Source: Eledone cirrhosa
Lineage: Eukaryota
Length of the DNA stretch: 64,000 nucleotides
Direction: 5' to 3'
Assembly (NCBI GenBank): GCA_964016885.1
Contig: OZ024745.1
Location: 248,001 to 312,000, forward strand
The first letter of the stretch is position 1. Each line of letters opens with the position of its first letter. A model generated the notes under the pieces. The model ran no database searches, was not told the origin of the DNA, and saw only the letters and a program-made list of their open reading frames with translations. This document shows, piece by piece, positions 30,667 through 40,903 of this stretch. The position numbers and the translations under genes were made by a program.

Positions 30667-31030
30667 GGCGCAATGCGTTTCTGACCATCTGACTTCACAG
30701 ACATATTTCCAGAATAATGTTACTTAAAGATTTCCATAGGCTGGCAAACTGTCGCATCGTTCATTCAAGCAAAGCCATCACAAGTAAATAGCTCAGCTAA
30801 CAACATAAACCACAACATATATATATATAAAGTGATCAAACATTGTATCTTTGGTCTATATCAGTCAATAATATATCTACCTACATACGACACACGTTCG
30901 ATAGTGTTTATCAATAAAGTTAATACATGTGTGTGTGTGAATATTTAGTATATTGTTGGCACAATATACATATATATATATATATATATTTGTGCCAACG
31001 TGAGTGTATCGTATTTATATATATATATAT

Positions 31031-31250
31031 ATATTTATTAAAATAACAGATTAAAGTTTAAGCAAAGAATTGCTGCTTTCACTCTTAACGGGATCTTCTG
31101 AGTTTCAGAAGATCCCGTTAAGGGTGAAAACAGCGATTCTTTGCTTAAACTTTAATCTGTTATTTTAATAAATATTTGCTCTACGGTTCTTATATATTTG
31201 ATCTATATTTATCCTTATCGAGCCCTCTTTGGATTTTAGTCTTCAAATTT
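31031..31250 (+). mobile_element. Penelope-pLTR/retrozyme-like fragment between (TA)n tracts, with a 71-bp inverted repeat (31031-31175) and a variant hammerhead-like core
   Basis: Arms 31031-31101 and 31105-31175 have 3 mismatches and a GTT loop. The + strand reads AGTTT-CAGAAGA-TCCCGTTAAGGGT-GAAA-...TGCT-T-AAACT, followed by AATAAA. Confidence 0.55.
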
Positions 31251-32002
31251 ATTATTATTACTATATATATATATATATGGCTTGAACATGGCATTTATCA
31301 AGCGTAACACACAAATGTATTTTAACTGCAGTAGACGGCTTGAGTGCACTGTTTAATGTTAATAGAAAATAAGTGTGGTGTTTAGAGCAAATTATATGTG
31401 GTCCTTCCACAAGTGTGTGTGGGTGTGGTATGAAAATGGTGTACTGGTGTTTACTGTACATTCACTGATGTTAATTGTGCATGTATATGCACAAGGTGTG
31501 TGGGTTTTTTAAACAGTTTCCTACAGGCAGTCATAAAAGCTTCATTGCTCTTTCTCTGACACCCAACACTCCACATAGCACAACTTAAGCTCGAGATTCC
31601 AATAACATTGCCAATTAAATCAATAAATTATCAATAATTATGATTTCTAACCCCCACACACACCGCCAACTTATTCAGCCTATTATATAAAATATAACAG
31701 GTTGAATGTGTTGGGGTGTATTACTTGAGTACCTGTGTATGTCACTGCTGTAACTAATTATACTTAACTCATCCTATGGACTGAGTGCTCTTACACTTGG
31801 ATATTTCTACTAAACTTATACTACTTATACTACTAAACTTATACTACTGTATAAGTCTCCCAGCACTAAAGGGAGCCCCTCCAATAATGTGGAAACTTGT
31901 TGAATGATCTTGGTTTTTACTACACTGATATTCTATTGACTCTATGTTAGTATGATCATGTCTTTAATTTCTTTCTTGTAATAAAAAGCGTGAGCTAATA
32001 AT

Positions 32003-32768
32003 GGTTTCTGATTTAAGCACAAGGCCAACAGTTTGAAGGGAAAAGTCGATTAAATTGACTCCAGTGTGTGATTGGTACTTTATTTTACATAGCTACTGAT
32101 GGCGAGGCTAATGCGCTGGAACAACCAAGTGCCCTCGCGAGATTCGCCAGTTACCTCTATTAGGTGGCCAACAGATCAGAGTATTTGAGGGTCTTGTTCC
32201 ACTCGGCTGCGGAAGCTGTGGCTCTCGTCCTAACCGCAGCATCCAGGATGTTGGAAGAAGTAAAAGAGTCACTAACAGTGACGTCCCAGACAAGGCACCT
32301 GCTTCTCGACCAGGTGCACAGAGTAAGGCCATCAGGTCTTTTGCTGTCACTTCTGGACAACCCAGATGGTTCCAAGACTCGGGGGATATTCGCCCGGGCC
32401 AAAGCTCTCTTTAGAATGAGGTTTAGCTCCGTGTGACGTGCGAAGCGGCCGGCATTCAGGCGGCAAGAAAGACCGTGGAGGCCTGTGGGGGTCGAAGAGT
32501 TTGCCGCATCAACACCTCAAACCCATGCAGACGTCAGCTCCCACTCTGAGGGCAATGGAGACGCGAAGTTTGTCCAAGCTGAGTAGGCCACCAACGTTGG
32601 CCATGGGTAGGGCATCAACTCAGTCACCTGAGTATTTTATCGACCCCGATAAGATTGAAAGGCAAAACTATCCTTGGCGGGATTTGAATTTAGAACATAA
32701 AGGGACGTAACTATATGCCGCTAAGCAAGGTGTCCGACGTTCAACCAATACTGCCAATCCACCACCCT
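32003..32768 (-). mobile_element. Octopus-type tRNA-derived SINE, split by an insertion at 32088-32632
   Basis: The minus strand carries GTTCTAAATTCAAATCCCGCCAAGG (B-box-like) and TCGGGGTCGATAAAATA, then resumes after the insert with AAGTACCAATCACACACTGGAGTCAATTTAATCGAC. TATTTTA is duplicated on both sides of the insert. Confidence 0.7.
32088..32632 (-). mobile_element. Degenerate CRE-like non-LTR retrotransposon fragment (zinc knuckle region plus restriction-like endonuclease)
   Basis: Translation gives RHTELNLILKRALARANIP..LEPSGL.RSDSKRPDGLTL..W.....LVWDVTV and, after an internal deletion, WLFQRISLAI, typical of the RLE C-terminus. Confidence 0.8.
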
Positions 32769-32839
32769 AATAATAATACACGTGTTCAGTATATATATAG
32801 ATAAGCCCCCAATCTCCATACTGTAACAGAAGTTCTGAG

Positions 32840-33010
32840 ATCATCATCATCATCATTTTACGTCCGCTTTTCCCTGCTTGCAAGGGTGGGACGGGAATTG
32901 ATTCTGGCTTGATTTCTACAGCTGGATGCCCTTCCTAACACCAACCTCATTTACAGTGAGTGCTGGGTGCTTTTTTGCCGTGGCACCTCCACGACCACTT
33001 TGCAGTGGAA
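32840..33010 (-). mobile_element. RTE LINE 3' UTR remnant with (GAT)n tail
   Basis: GGCTTGATTTCTACAGCTGGATGCCCTTCCTAACACCAACCTCATTTACAGTGAGTGCTGGGTGC is the reverse complement of the RTE 3' UTR at about 51865-51935. Confidence 0.8.
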
Positions 33011-33029
33011 TGATAGGGACCCTAGTCCC

Positions 33030-33178
33030 TATCATCTCATTTCTACAGCTGAGTAAACTGGAGCAATGTGAAATAAAGTGTCTTGCTCAAGGAAACAACA
33101 CATCACCCGGTCTGAGAATTGAACTGACAACCTTTCGATTGCAAGCCAAATGCTTTAACCACTAAGCCATGTGCCTCC
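33030..33178 (-). mobile_element. tRNA-derived SINE (head plus conserved core)
   Basis: A-box TGGCTTAGTGG, B-box-like GTTCAATTC, core CCTTGAGCAAGACACTTTATTTCAC. Same family as 41821 and 45991. Confidence 0.75.
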
Positions 33179-34107
33179 TGAGATCTAATGTAAAAACCAT
33201 TGGTGATGATAACATTGGTAGTAGATGACCAATGTATATATTGTTGGTTAGCTCCAAGTGGGTCTGTCCTGATCACAGTTCGTTATTAAAAGCATTTCAG
33301 GTCTATCCATCCCGCCTTTTTTTAAAAAGCACAATATCTATACCATATCGCCTTTAGTCATGTTTAATAATTTCAGATATCATCATAAAGTGTCATCACA
33401 TGTCAATGAAGCAGTCTTATAACAAGTTAATGGTTTCTATCTAATGAGGGATGACATTTATCAGGGGAGAGATGACACACAAGACACGATATACAGATTC
33501 TATCTTCATATCATTTTACAACCATTTTTACTTGTCCTCACATCGATAATTTGATTTCTTCTGGAGTAAATGTCTTTTAGAGTTGATTAATGGCTCTTCC
33601 TTCTTACTAACTACTGCTTAACACATCAGTGAGTGGAATATGTCAACTACTTAGGTTGAAAGACACAGTAATATATATAGCTTGGCCCAGAAGCAGCAAA
33701 AATAGCCACATTGAAACATGACATTGTCTATAGATAAACATCTTAAATTACTACACACACAATATACAGGTTGCTACAGTATATATATATGTATATGTGT
33801 GCATACACACACATAAATATATTGTACAGCTTTCCACAGCATATATTTGTGTGTGGAGTGAGGATCAGTGAACCATGGGACGGCTGGTTACCAGCAAACA
33901 AATTAAACAAATTCTCCAAGAATTTTAACTCCCAAATCAAAGTTCTTTCATGTATCATAAAAACCATTCAGCATAAAACAAAAACTACAATATATAGATA
34001 TGGTTGTGTATTATTTTCAAAACAACTTGTAAAACTGCGTGAACAGTTAAATATACATTAGTTCAATACTATTTAATCAATCTCTATATGTGTAATGTAA
34101 CATGTAA

Positions 34108-34660
34108 GCATGGCTTGGATGCTGCAGGCTTCCCCCCTCAGCTCAAGCCGGTGGGGCTGGACCAATAGGACGGCAAAAGGCCAGACGGCATGACCATCTT
34201 CCCGTTCCGCAGTGGCAAAACCCTCGTCTGGGATGCCACTTGCAGCGACACTTTCTCCAGCCACAACCTGGTGCAGTCTGCGACTAACCCAGGTTCTGCT
34301 GCACATCGGGCTAAGGAGGCCAAACTCTCCAAGTACCGGTCACTCTCCGACAGGTTTGTGGTCGTACCCTTGGCAGTGGAGACTTCTGGTGTCCTTCATC
34401 CTAAGGCTACCCCCTACTCACCACCGTAGATGCTGAGCCTCGTGAGTTGGAATGGCTCTTCCAGCATATCTCCCTTACCATCCTCCGGGGAAACACCTCC
34501 ATCCTGTCCGCCGGGGCTGTAGGGAGGCCGGCACATGGGACCCCATTTGTTCACCATACAGAGAGATGGAGGCAACAACAGTGGGAGTTCGGCTCTTCCA
34601 CGTTCGGACCCTTGTGGTTGTGTCCAACAAGCCCTAGTTCAATAGTAATAAATTATCACT
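34108..34660 (+). mobile_element. Degenerate CRE-like retrotransposon 3' fragment (restriction-like endonuclease)
   Basis: DGKRPDGMTIFPFRSGKTLVWDATCSDT...KLSKYRSL...VPLAVETSGVL and EWLFQHISLTILRGN, with a stop and frameshifts. Ends near an AATAAA. Confidence 0.8.
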
Positions 34661-35549
34661 AATAATGTATCAATTAGTAAGATAATTCTTTAGAACTATT
34701 AACCTAAATGCCACAACCAATTTTTATGTTCTATTATTTGATAATGAACGGTAGATTAACTGTAAACTGGTATGTAAGATATGATGGAGTTTAAACTGGT
34801 AGCAATATTTTACTCTTTCTATACCTTATTACTCAACCACCACAATCTACCACTACTCCTCATCTTTGCAACATGTTTTACAGTCCTTCCCTCTGAACCA
34901 CACCCATCAAAATGGTTTTATATTTTTATATATATATATATCGAGAGAGAGGTATATACCAGTCTTTCTGAAGGTATGTTCCAAGGAAACCCAGGGTTCC
35001 ACAAAAAAAGATTTCCATTAAAAAAAAAAAAAAAAAACTTTAAAATGAGAGCTTTTGTTCAATAGAAACAGGTGTGTGTGTGGGGGGGGGGGGGGGGGGG
35101 GGGGGTTATCAAAGTATCTAAAATTAGGGTGGGAAGAAATTTAATTCGTTTTCTTGAAACTTTAAGAAACAAAATGTGTGACTCGTTTAGTTATTGCTTG
35201 TTTATGAAGATATATTTAAGTATTGTCAGGGGTGGAGAGAGAGTGGGTGATAAGAGAAATGGTAAAGATGAAGAATAAGATCAACACAGGTGCCAGACTG
35301 AAGAATTTCGGAGTAGTTTAGCTTCATCTATGTGGCCTTACTAGACAGACACAGGTATAAATATGGTGGAGAATAACTGCATTATTCAAATAATATTACT
35401 AATAAACATTAATATGAAGACAAAAGAAGAAGTTATGTGGCAAACAAGGTGTGACCAGTTGGTCAGTAGACTTTGGTGCTCGAGATAGAAGAGGGGGGTA
35501 GGGCAGCTTCAGAACATTTCATGTGAACACTCGTAAGGAACATTTATAT

Positions 35550-35737
35550 ATAGATGTGTGAATCCTGGGTTCAATTGGCGGTAGCCAAAATTAGTAAGGT
35601 ACTCAATACATTAGTAGAGTGTAAACATCAAATTTAATATAGAAATGGCTTCAACAGGACTAAAACTGTTTCATTTGAAAGAAATCATCAGGCTTTTCAG
35701 ATGATTTCTTTCGAATGAAAGTTTTAGTCCTGTAGAA

Positions 35738-35742
<5 letters not shown>
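35550..35742 (-). mobile_element. Penelope-pLTR/retrozyme-like element with a hammerhead core and a terminal inverted duplication (35645-35742), next to (TA)n
   Basis: The minus strand reads CTGATGA-TTTCTTTCAAAT-GAAA-CAG..CTGT-T-GAAGCC. The arms are about 44 bp. Homologous to 48106-48234. Confidence 0.6.
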
Positions 35743-35792
<50 letters not shown>

Positions 35793-36129
35793 TCATTACA
35801 TTGACACTGAGTCCAAAAGAGCACAGCAAGCCATAAATAGTAATTCACCAATATAAACAATAAAATACAGTATAATTGATGTTCTGTATTAGCTTGTTCA
35901 ACAGATACCCTTATATGGGTATGGAGAAAGCGACAATAAACCACTCGCTCCAATAGAACAGCAAAGTCTTCAGCAATGTCCCTGTGTGTCAATGAAATTA
36001 CAAGACTTCACAAGCCATACAGCATTTGTCAATGTGTGAAAGAAACAAAATCAACATCATTACACCTTAGGAATCTTGTAATGCATTCTGTCAACTTCAC
36101 CTCCACCCAAAATATATCTATACTGATTG

Positions 36130-36860
36130 CCAGGTTACCCATCTGTCGTTACATGTGTCTATCCTCCATTACTATTTCAAGCTCTCCAACATTGTCCATT
36201 CTGATATCTCTCAGCAAGTTATCAATGTAATTTATTTTCCTTTCTACCTCTTGTTAATGGTTCCCACAGAACAAGACCATTGTTAACCCCTCATGGTGTC
36301 ACACTGACCTGTAAGTCTGATAGTTCCCACAGAACAAGACCATTGCTAACCCCTCATGGTGACACACTGACCTGTAAGTCTGATAGTTCCCACAGAACAA
36401 GACCATTGCTAACCCCTCATGGTGACACACTGACCTGTAAGTCTGATAGTTCCCACAGAACAAGACCATTGTTAACCCCTCATGGTGTCACACTGACCTG
36501 TAAGTCTGATAGTTCCCACAGAACAAGACCATTGCTAACCCCTCATGGTGACACACTGACCTGTAAGTCTGATAGTTCCCACAGAACAAGACCATTGCTA
36601 ACCCCTCATGGTGACACACTGACCTGTAAGTCTGATAGTTCCCACAGAACAAGACCATTGCTAACCCCTCATGGTGACACACTGACCTGTAAGTCTGATA
36701 GTTCCCACAGAACAAGACCATTACTAACCCCTCATGGTGACAAACACACTGTCCTGTAAGTCTAATAGTTCCCACAGAACTTGGCTCATCTTGGGAGATT
36801 TGGGTATAAAACACTGAACTAGATACATTCGGACTTCCTAACACCTGTATCAACTTCAAC
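36130..36860 (-). mobile_element. Degenerate RTE-like LINE ORF C-terminus, interrupted by a minisatellite
   Basis: Minus-strand peptides in shifting frames: LYPNLPKMSQ..IRLTGQCVCHHE..VLWEP..RGR..YIDNLLRD....GELE..MEDR. Confidence 0.6.
36260..36780. repeat. 63-bp minisatellite, about 8.3 copies
   Basis: The unit GTTCCCACAGAACAAGACCATTGCTAACCCCTCATGGTGACACACTGACCTGTAAGTCTGATA is repeated nearly perfectly. Confidence 0.95.
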
Positions 36861-37397
36861 TACGGTACAGATATTGGGGTGGGTGCATGTTTACTAGGTA
36901 CAAATGAAAAATTCATTTTTCGTCCTGGATTTGTAGTAAATTGTGAGTCAGAGAATGAGAATCAATGTCCATGATCTTGTGAGGTCCTCCTAAACTAATG
37001 AGATTGATGCAACGTCAATGTTTAGCCTAGACATATATACAGATCAATATCTGTAGGAAAATCAAAGGTGGGAGAGAGTTAGGGCTTGAAAAATTGCTAG
37101 CATTACACCAATTCTTATCCTCCAAAGAACAGAAGCTACATACAGTCCAGCTCATTTGCAGCTAAATACTGACCAAGCCCTAAAGAGGTTTTAAACATCA
37201 GCATTTAACTCTAGTTTATGATACCTTGGCTCAAATGCCACATTGTCACAAGTAACATTCATAAATGATCTGGTTCTTAATCTCAGAACAGAGATGAAGT
37301 CAGGCAATGTAGATTAAAGTGATTTGTCCTTTATCACCCACTAGTTTCTAGGAGGGTCGTAGAGGCAGTCCTCAGATAAACATTCCAGCAGGTCCTA

Positions 37398-37680
37398 TCA
37401 GAAGCAATCATCTCCAATTAGTCTGGTAAGATCCCTCAAGTGAGACCAACTGATGTCATGAATGTTATCCAACCATCTTGCTTGTGGTCTACCTCTGGCT
37501 CTCCCACCAGTTGCTTTTGCTCTAAGCCATTGAAATGCTTGCAATAGATCTGGAGGTATAATCCATGAACAGTTGTGCTGCATTTCCCAATATCTGTATA
37601 ATTTTCAACTCGTCCCAACTGTGACCATTGAAACTCTTTTTCAGACAGTCTATCTTGGATTACATTATTCAGTTTACCCT
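37398..37680 (-). mobile_element. Degenerate RTE-like LINE C-terminal fragment
   Basis: GGRARGRPQARWLDNI...DLTRLIGD resembles the G.R.RGRP..RW.D motif at the end of RTE-type ORFs. Confidence 0.55.
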
Positions 37681-38273
37681 ACATTTTCAAAAGTGTTTTG
37701 AGAAGGAATTGGCTGCTATTTCTCGTACATGGTGGGACAGCGTTTGTTAGAACATATACCTACACTTGTGATATACATTATAGTTACTATATGTGTGGAT
37801 ACACTACATTGTGCCCAGTCGCGATGTATATCGCAAAGGAACCGCAGCGTATACAACCCTAGATTGTCTGTTTATGTAACGCATTTGCAACACACACATA
37901 CCCAGATGCAGGTACTCGTGTCGGTGAGGTGCTGCTCTGAGAATCTGGCGTGTCATAACAGAAATGTAGGTAACACTAATACGATCAGATTTCAACTAGG
38001 GAGGGGGTAAAACAAACAATGCTGATCAACACAAAACATACACAAGCTAATTTCGATTATTAGCTCAGCTGTTTTATTTCACTTCAGATGTCAAGGATGA
38101 TTTGTCATTTATTTACTGGGGTGGGGGAGATTTTCATTGTTTTTCTAAATCATGAATAATAACAAAGTCAAGTTTAGCGGGAGATGACGACAGCAGAGAT
38201 GATACACAACTAATTAAAGACTCAACTTGCAAAGACAGTTGCAAAAAAATATCACAACTTCATTATCTTATTG

Positions 38274-38317
<44 letters not shown>

Positions 38318-38744
38318 ACACACACACACCCCGTATCACATGCAATATATACTATATGCACGATGTATAACTAGCAGAGTATTGCGAATGTAATAGCAAA
38401 GCTAGCAAGAAGAGAAGATAAAATATTAATTTACACGAAAATAGTAATCTATTTTTTCTCTCTCTCACATTAATATCGTTGTATTGTATTTTATATTCGT
38501 ATATTCATTGAAGCAAGCAAGCCAAGTGGGGTTTGTGAAAGCCACTTTAATAAAACATGGCCTCCGCAACACTCAGAACAAATGTCATATTACAGAAAAG
38601 ATGACAACGGAAACACACTGTTTCCGAACAGTTGAGGATGGAGGGAAATAAGTCTGTTTCAAGACCCCATAACAGTAGTAGTCTTTGTAAAACATCCAAT
38701 TACTTTCTGTTAATCCCGGTGGAAAAGAAAGGGAAGAATCTCAC

Positions 38745-38765
38745 TTGACAAAAGATATGATGGAA
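38745..38765 (-). CDS. NEDD4: Candidate 21-nt frame-preserving microexon of the NEDD4-family gene
   Basis: Minus strand: ...ATTCACTTTTTATCATCTGCTTCCCTCTCTTTCAG|TTCCATCATATCTTTTGTCAA|GTGAGA. Open in phase 2, matching the end phase of exon 2. Confidence 0.55.
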
Positions 38766-38978
38766 CTGAAAGAGAGGGAAGCAGATGATAAAAAGTGAAT
38801 GGCTTCTAACCAGCTGCCAAACTTAATATAGATCGACCAATGCATACATACACATACAGACATACTAATATATTTGTATGCCTGGGGAAACCCACCACCA
38901 CCACCACCACAAAAAAAAAAAAAGAAGCGGGGCTGGATGAAGAGAATAGGCAAAATAAGGGGCGGGGAAACGGCTTAC

Positions 38979-39064
38979 CTAGCGCCGAATATATCCTTTT
39001 TCGCGAGATTAACTCCAGCAATAATCTTTACATGTATTATCTGAGTAGTTCCAGGTACGTCGCT
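38979..39064 (-). CDS. NEDD4: Coding exon 2 of a NEDD4/NEDD4L-like HECT E3 ubiquitin ligase (start of the C2 domain)
   Basis: TTCTTCTGTTTTCAG|86 nt|GTAAGC. Translates as SDVPGTTQIIHVKIIAGVNLAKKDIFGA(S), matching the NEDD4 C2 signature GIxLAKKDIFGASDPY. Ends in phase 2 within the Ser codon. Confidence 0.93.
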
Positions 39065-39635
39065 CTGAAAACAGAAGAATAAATGAGCGTGTATGGTTAT
39101 TAGTAAGAGATGAAGAAAAACGAAATCGATAGAAAAACAATTGATAAGTTATAGCGAACAAAATTTAAACTTCGAAAACTTGGCAGATAGTCCGACTGAA
39201 GAACACACAAGAGAGAGACAAGAAGAGAAGGACTGAAGATGAAATGTGAGTTACAGATGGTTAATAATATATTAGAGAGATGAGAGCTACATAGATGGAG
39301 AGGAGAACACTATAATTTAGAAAACAACAGTTATATATATATATATAAATGAAAAGTATAGAAAATATTGTAGCAAGAAGCCAACAGTATTCCATAATAT
39401 ATATATATATATATATATATCAGGTATGACACTTTAAACTTGTCATATTTAGAACTAGAAACATTCCGATTATTAGTAATAACTTCATTTTATTACAAGA
39501 AGAGGGAAACAGCATCTCTACACCGAGCACCCATAATATATTGTATGTGTATATATAAAAGAACGTAAATATATGCCTGTATGCATATATAATAGGTGTG
39601 AAATGAAAAACCGCTGATTATTCATGTTTACTTAC

Positions 39636-39677
39636 AGGGATTTCCTGCAAGCCGTATACATCAGGTTGGGCAGCCAT
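39636..39677 (-). CDS. NEDD4: First coding exon of the NEDD4-family gene (MAAQPDVYGLQEIP); the 5' UTR extends to higher coordinates
   Basis: ATG, 14 codons, phase-0 donor GTAAGT, which joins exon 2 in frame across a 571-bp intron. VYGL resembles the NEDD4L N-terminus (EPVYGLSEDE). Confidence 0.85.
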
Positions 39678-39718
39678 AAACAAGCGAAGTTAAGGCTTAG
39701 AACGTCGAGAGATTGAGT

Positions 39719-39860
39719 GAGTTGTAATAGTAGGAGGTGATAAATAGCAGTACTAATACATGAGAGAGAGAGAGAGTTGTAATAGTAGGTGATAAATAGC
39801 AGTACTAATACATGAGAGAGAGAGAGTTGTAATAGTAGGTGATAAATAACAGTACTAATA
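39719..39860. repeat. Three imperfect tandem copies of a 50-55-bp unit containing (GA)n, in the probable NEDD4 5' UTR
   Basis: GAGTTGTAATAGTAGG..TGATAAATA.CAGTACTAATA recurs three times. Confidence 0.8.
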
Positions 39861-40377
39861 AATGAAAGAGAGTGTGAGAGAAAGATCTATAGAAAGGGAT
39901 ATAGAGAGAGAGTGTGAGAGAAAGGGATATAGAGAGAGAGAGCGATGACCTGGCAGTACGTAGCAGACGTGATGGTGGTAGTAGTAGTAACCAGCATGAT
40001 ACTGGGAGTGTAAAAGGGAGTGTTGTCATTATATAGAGTATATATATTGTATGTTTCTGTGTTGATAAAGTGTGGGTGTATATTGTTATACTCGGGAATT
40101 CTTTCATAAAACAATTACGTATCTTCGATTATTCATGAAACAAAAATGAAATGAATTTTATTTTATTTAGATTTCATTCGTACACATTAAACTTTTTGAC
40201 AATTATTCTAAGTTTGCATTATATGTGTGTGTGTGTGTATATATATATACATACATATATACACACACACACACACGTGGGGGAGGAGTGCAACATACAC
40301 ACGGTTGTATATAGAGAGAAAAACATTTTTATGACCGAGAGAGAGAAACATAAGATTGGAAAACTTTCTGCATTTGC

Positions 40378-40411
<34 letters not shown>

Positions 40412-40623
40412 GAGAGGAAAGGGGGTGCACCATATACACGTTTGTATATATACGGAAATATATAAGATAAGAAAACTTTCTACATATGCATTGCAACAAC
40501 TGGCTCTCTTGATCGCGTTCGAGTCAAAAACCTTTTCCCTGTGTTTTTATCTGCTTTCTCTCCTTATAGCCTCTTGGACTGTGTTTACAATTATTCCTTT
40601 ATTATATAACTATTATGTAATAT

Positions 40624-40681
40624 ACACCTGATGAAGTCATCAGGATCTTAGGTAACCTGGCCACTGAAATGGACATAGTGT
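40624..40681 (+). ncRNA. Type I hammerhead ribozyme motif with a minimal stem III, in a probable Penelope pLTR/retrozyme remnant
   Basis: Stem I ACAC/GTGT; CTGATGA at 40628-40634; stem II AGT..CAGG/CCTG..ACT; GAAA at 40666-40669; stem III ATG-GA-CAT; AUA cleavage triplet ending at 40677. AATAAA at 40689, then (TA)n. Confidence 0.75.
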
Positions 40682-40740
40682 TGGCTGAAATAAATCTTTG
40701 AAGGAATTTCACCAGTCCGGCCACCTGTCATTTTACTCAA

Positions 40741-40743
<3 letters not shown>

Positions 40744-40804
<61 letters not shown>

Positions 40805-40872
40805 TATATATATATATGGCATATATATATATATTTAAACTATATATATATATAACTATATATATATATGGC

Positions 40873-40903
<31 letters not shown>

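Noticed and set aside
35860-35992. ORF segment ...HTHIRVSVEQ as NEDD4 exon 3
   Set aside because: It lacks the invariant DPY and a suitable phase-2 acceptor.
36280-36759. 159-aa repeat protein ORF
   Set aside because: A by-product of a 63-bp unit on the antisense strand of a LINE remnant.
37328-37380. Minus-strand CTGAGGA...GAAACTAGT as a hammerhead
   Set aside because: Stem II does not pair, the cleavage position is G, and stem I is out of register.
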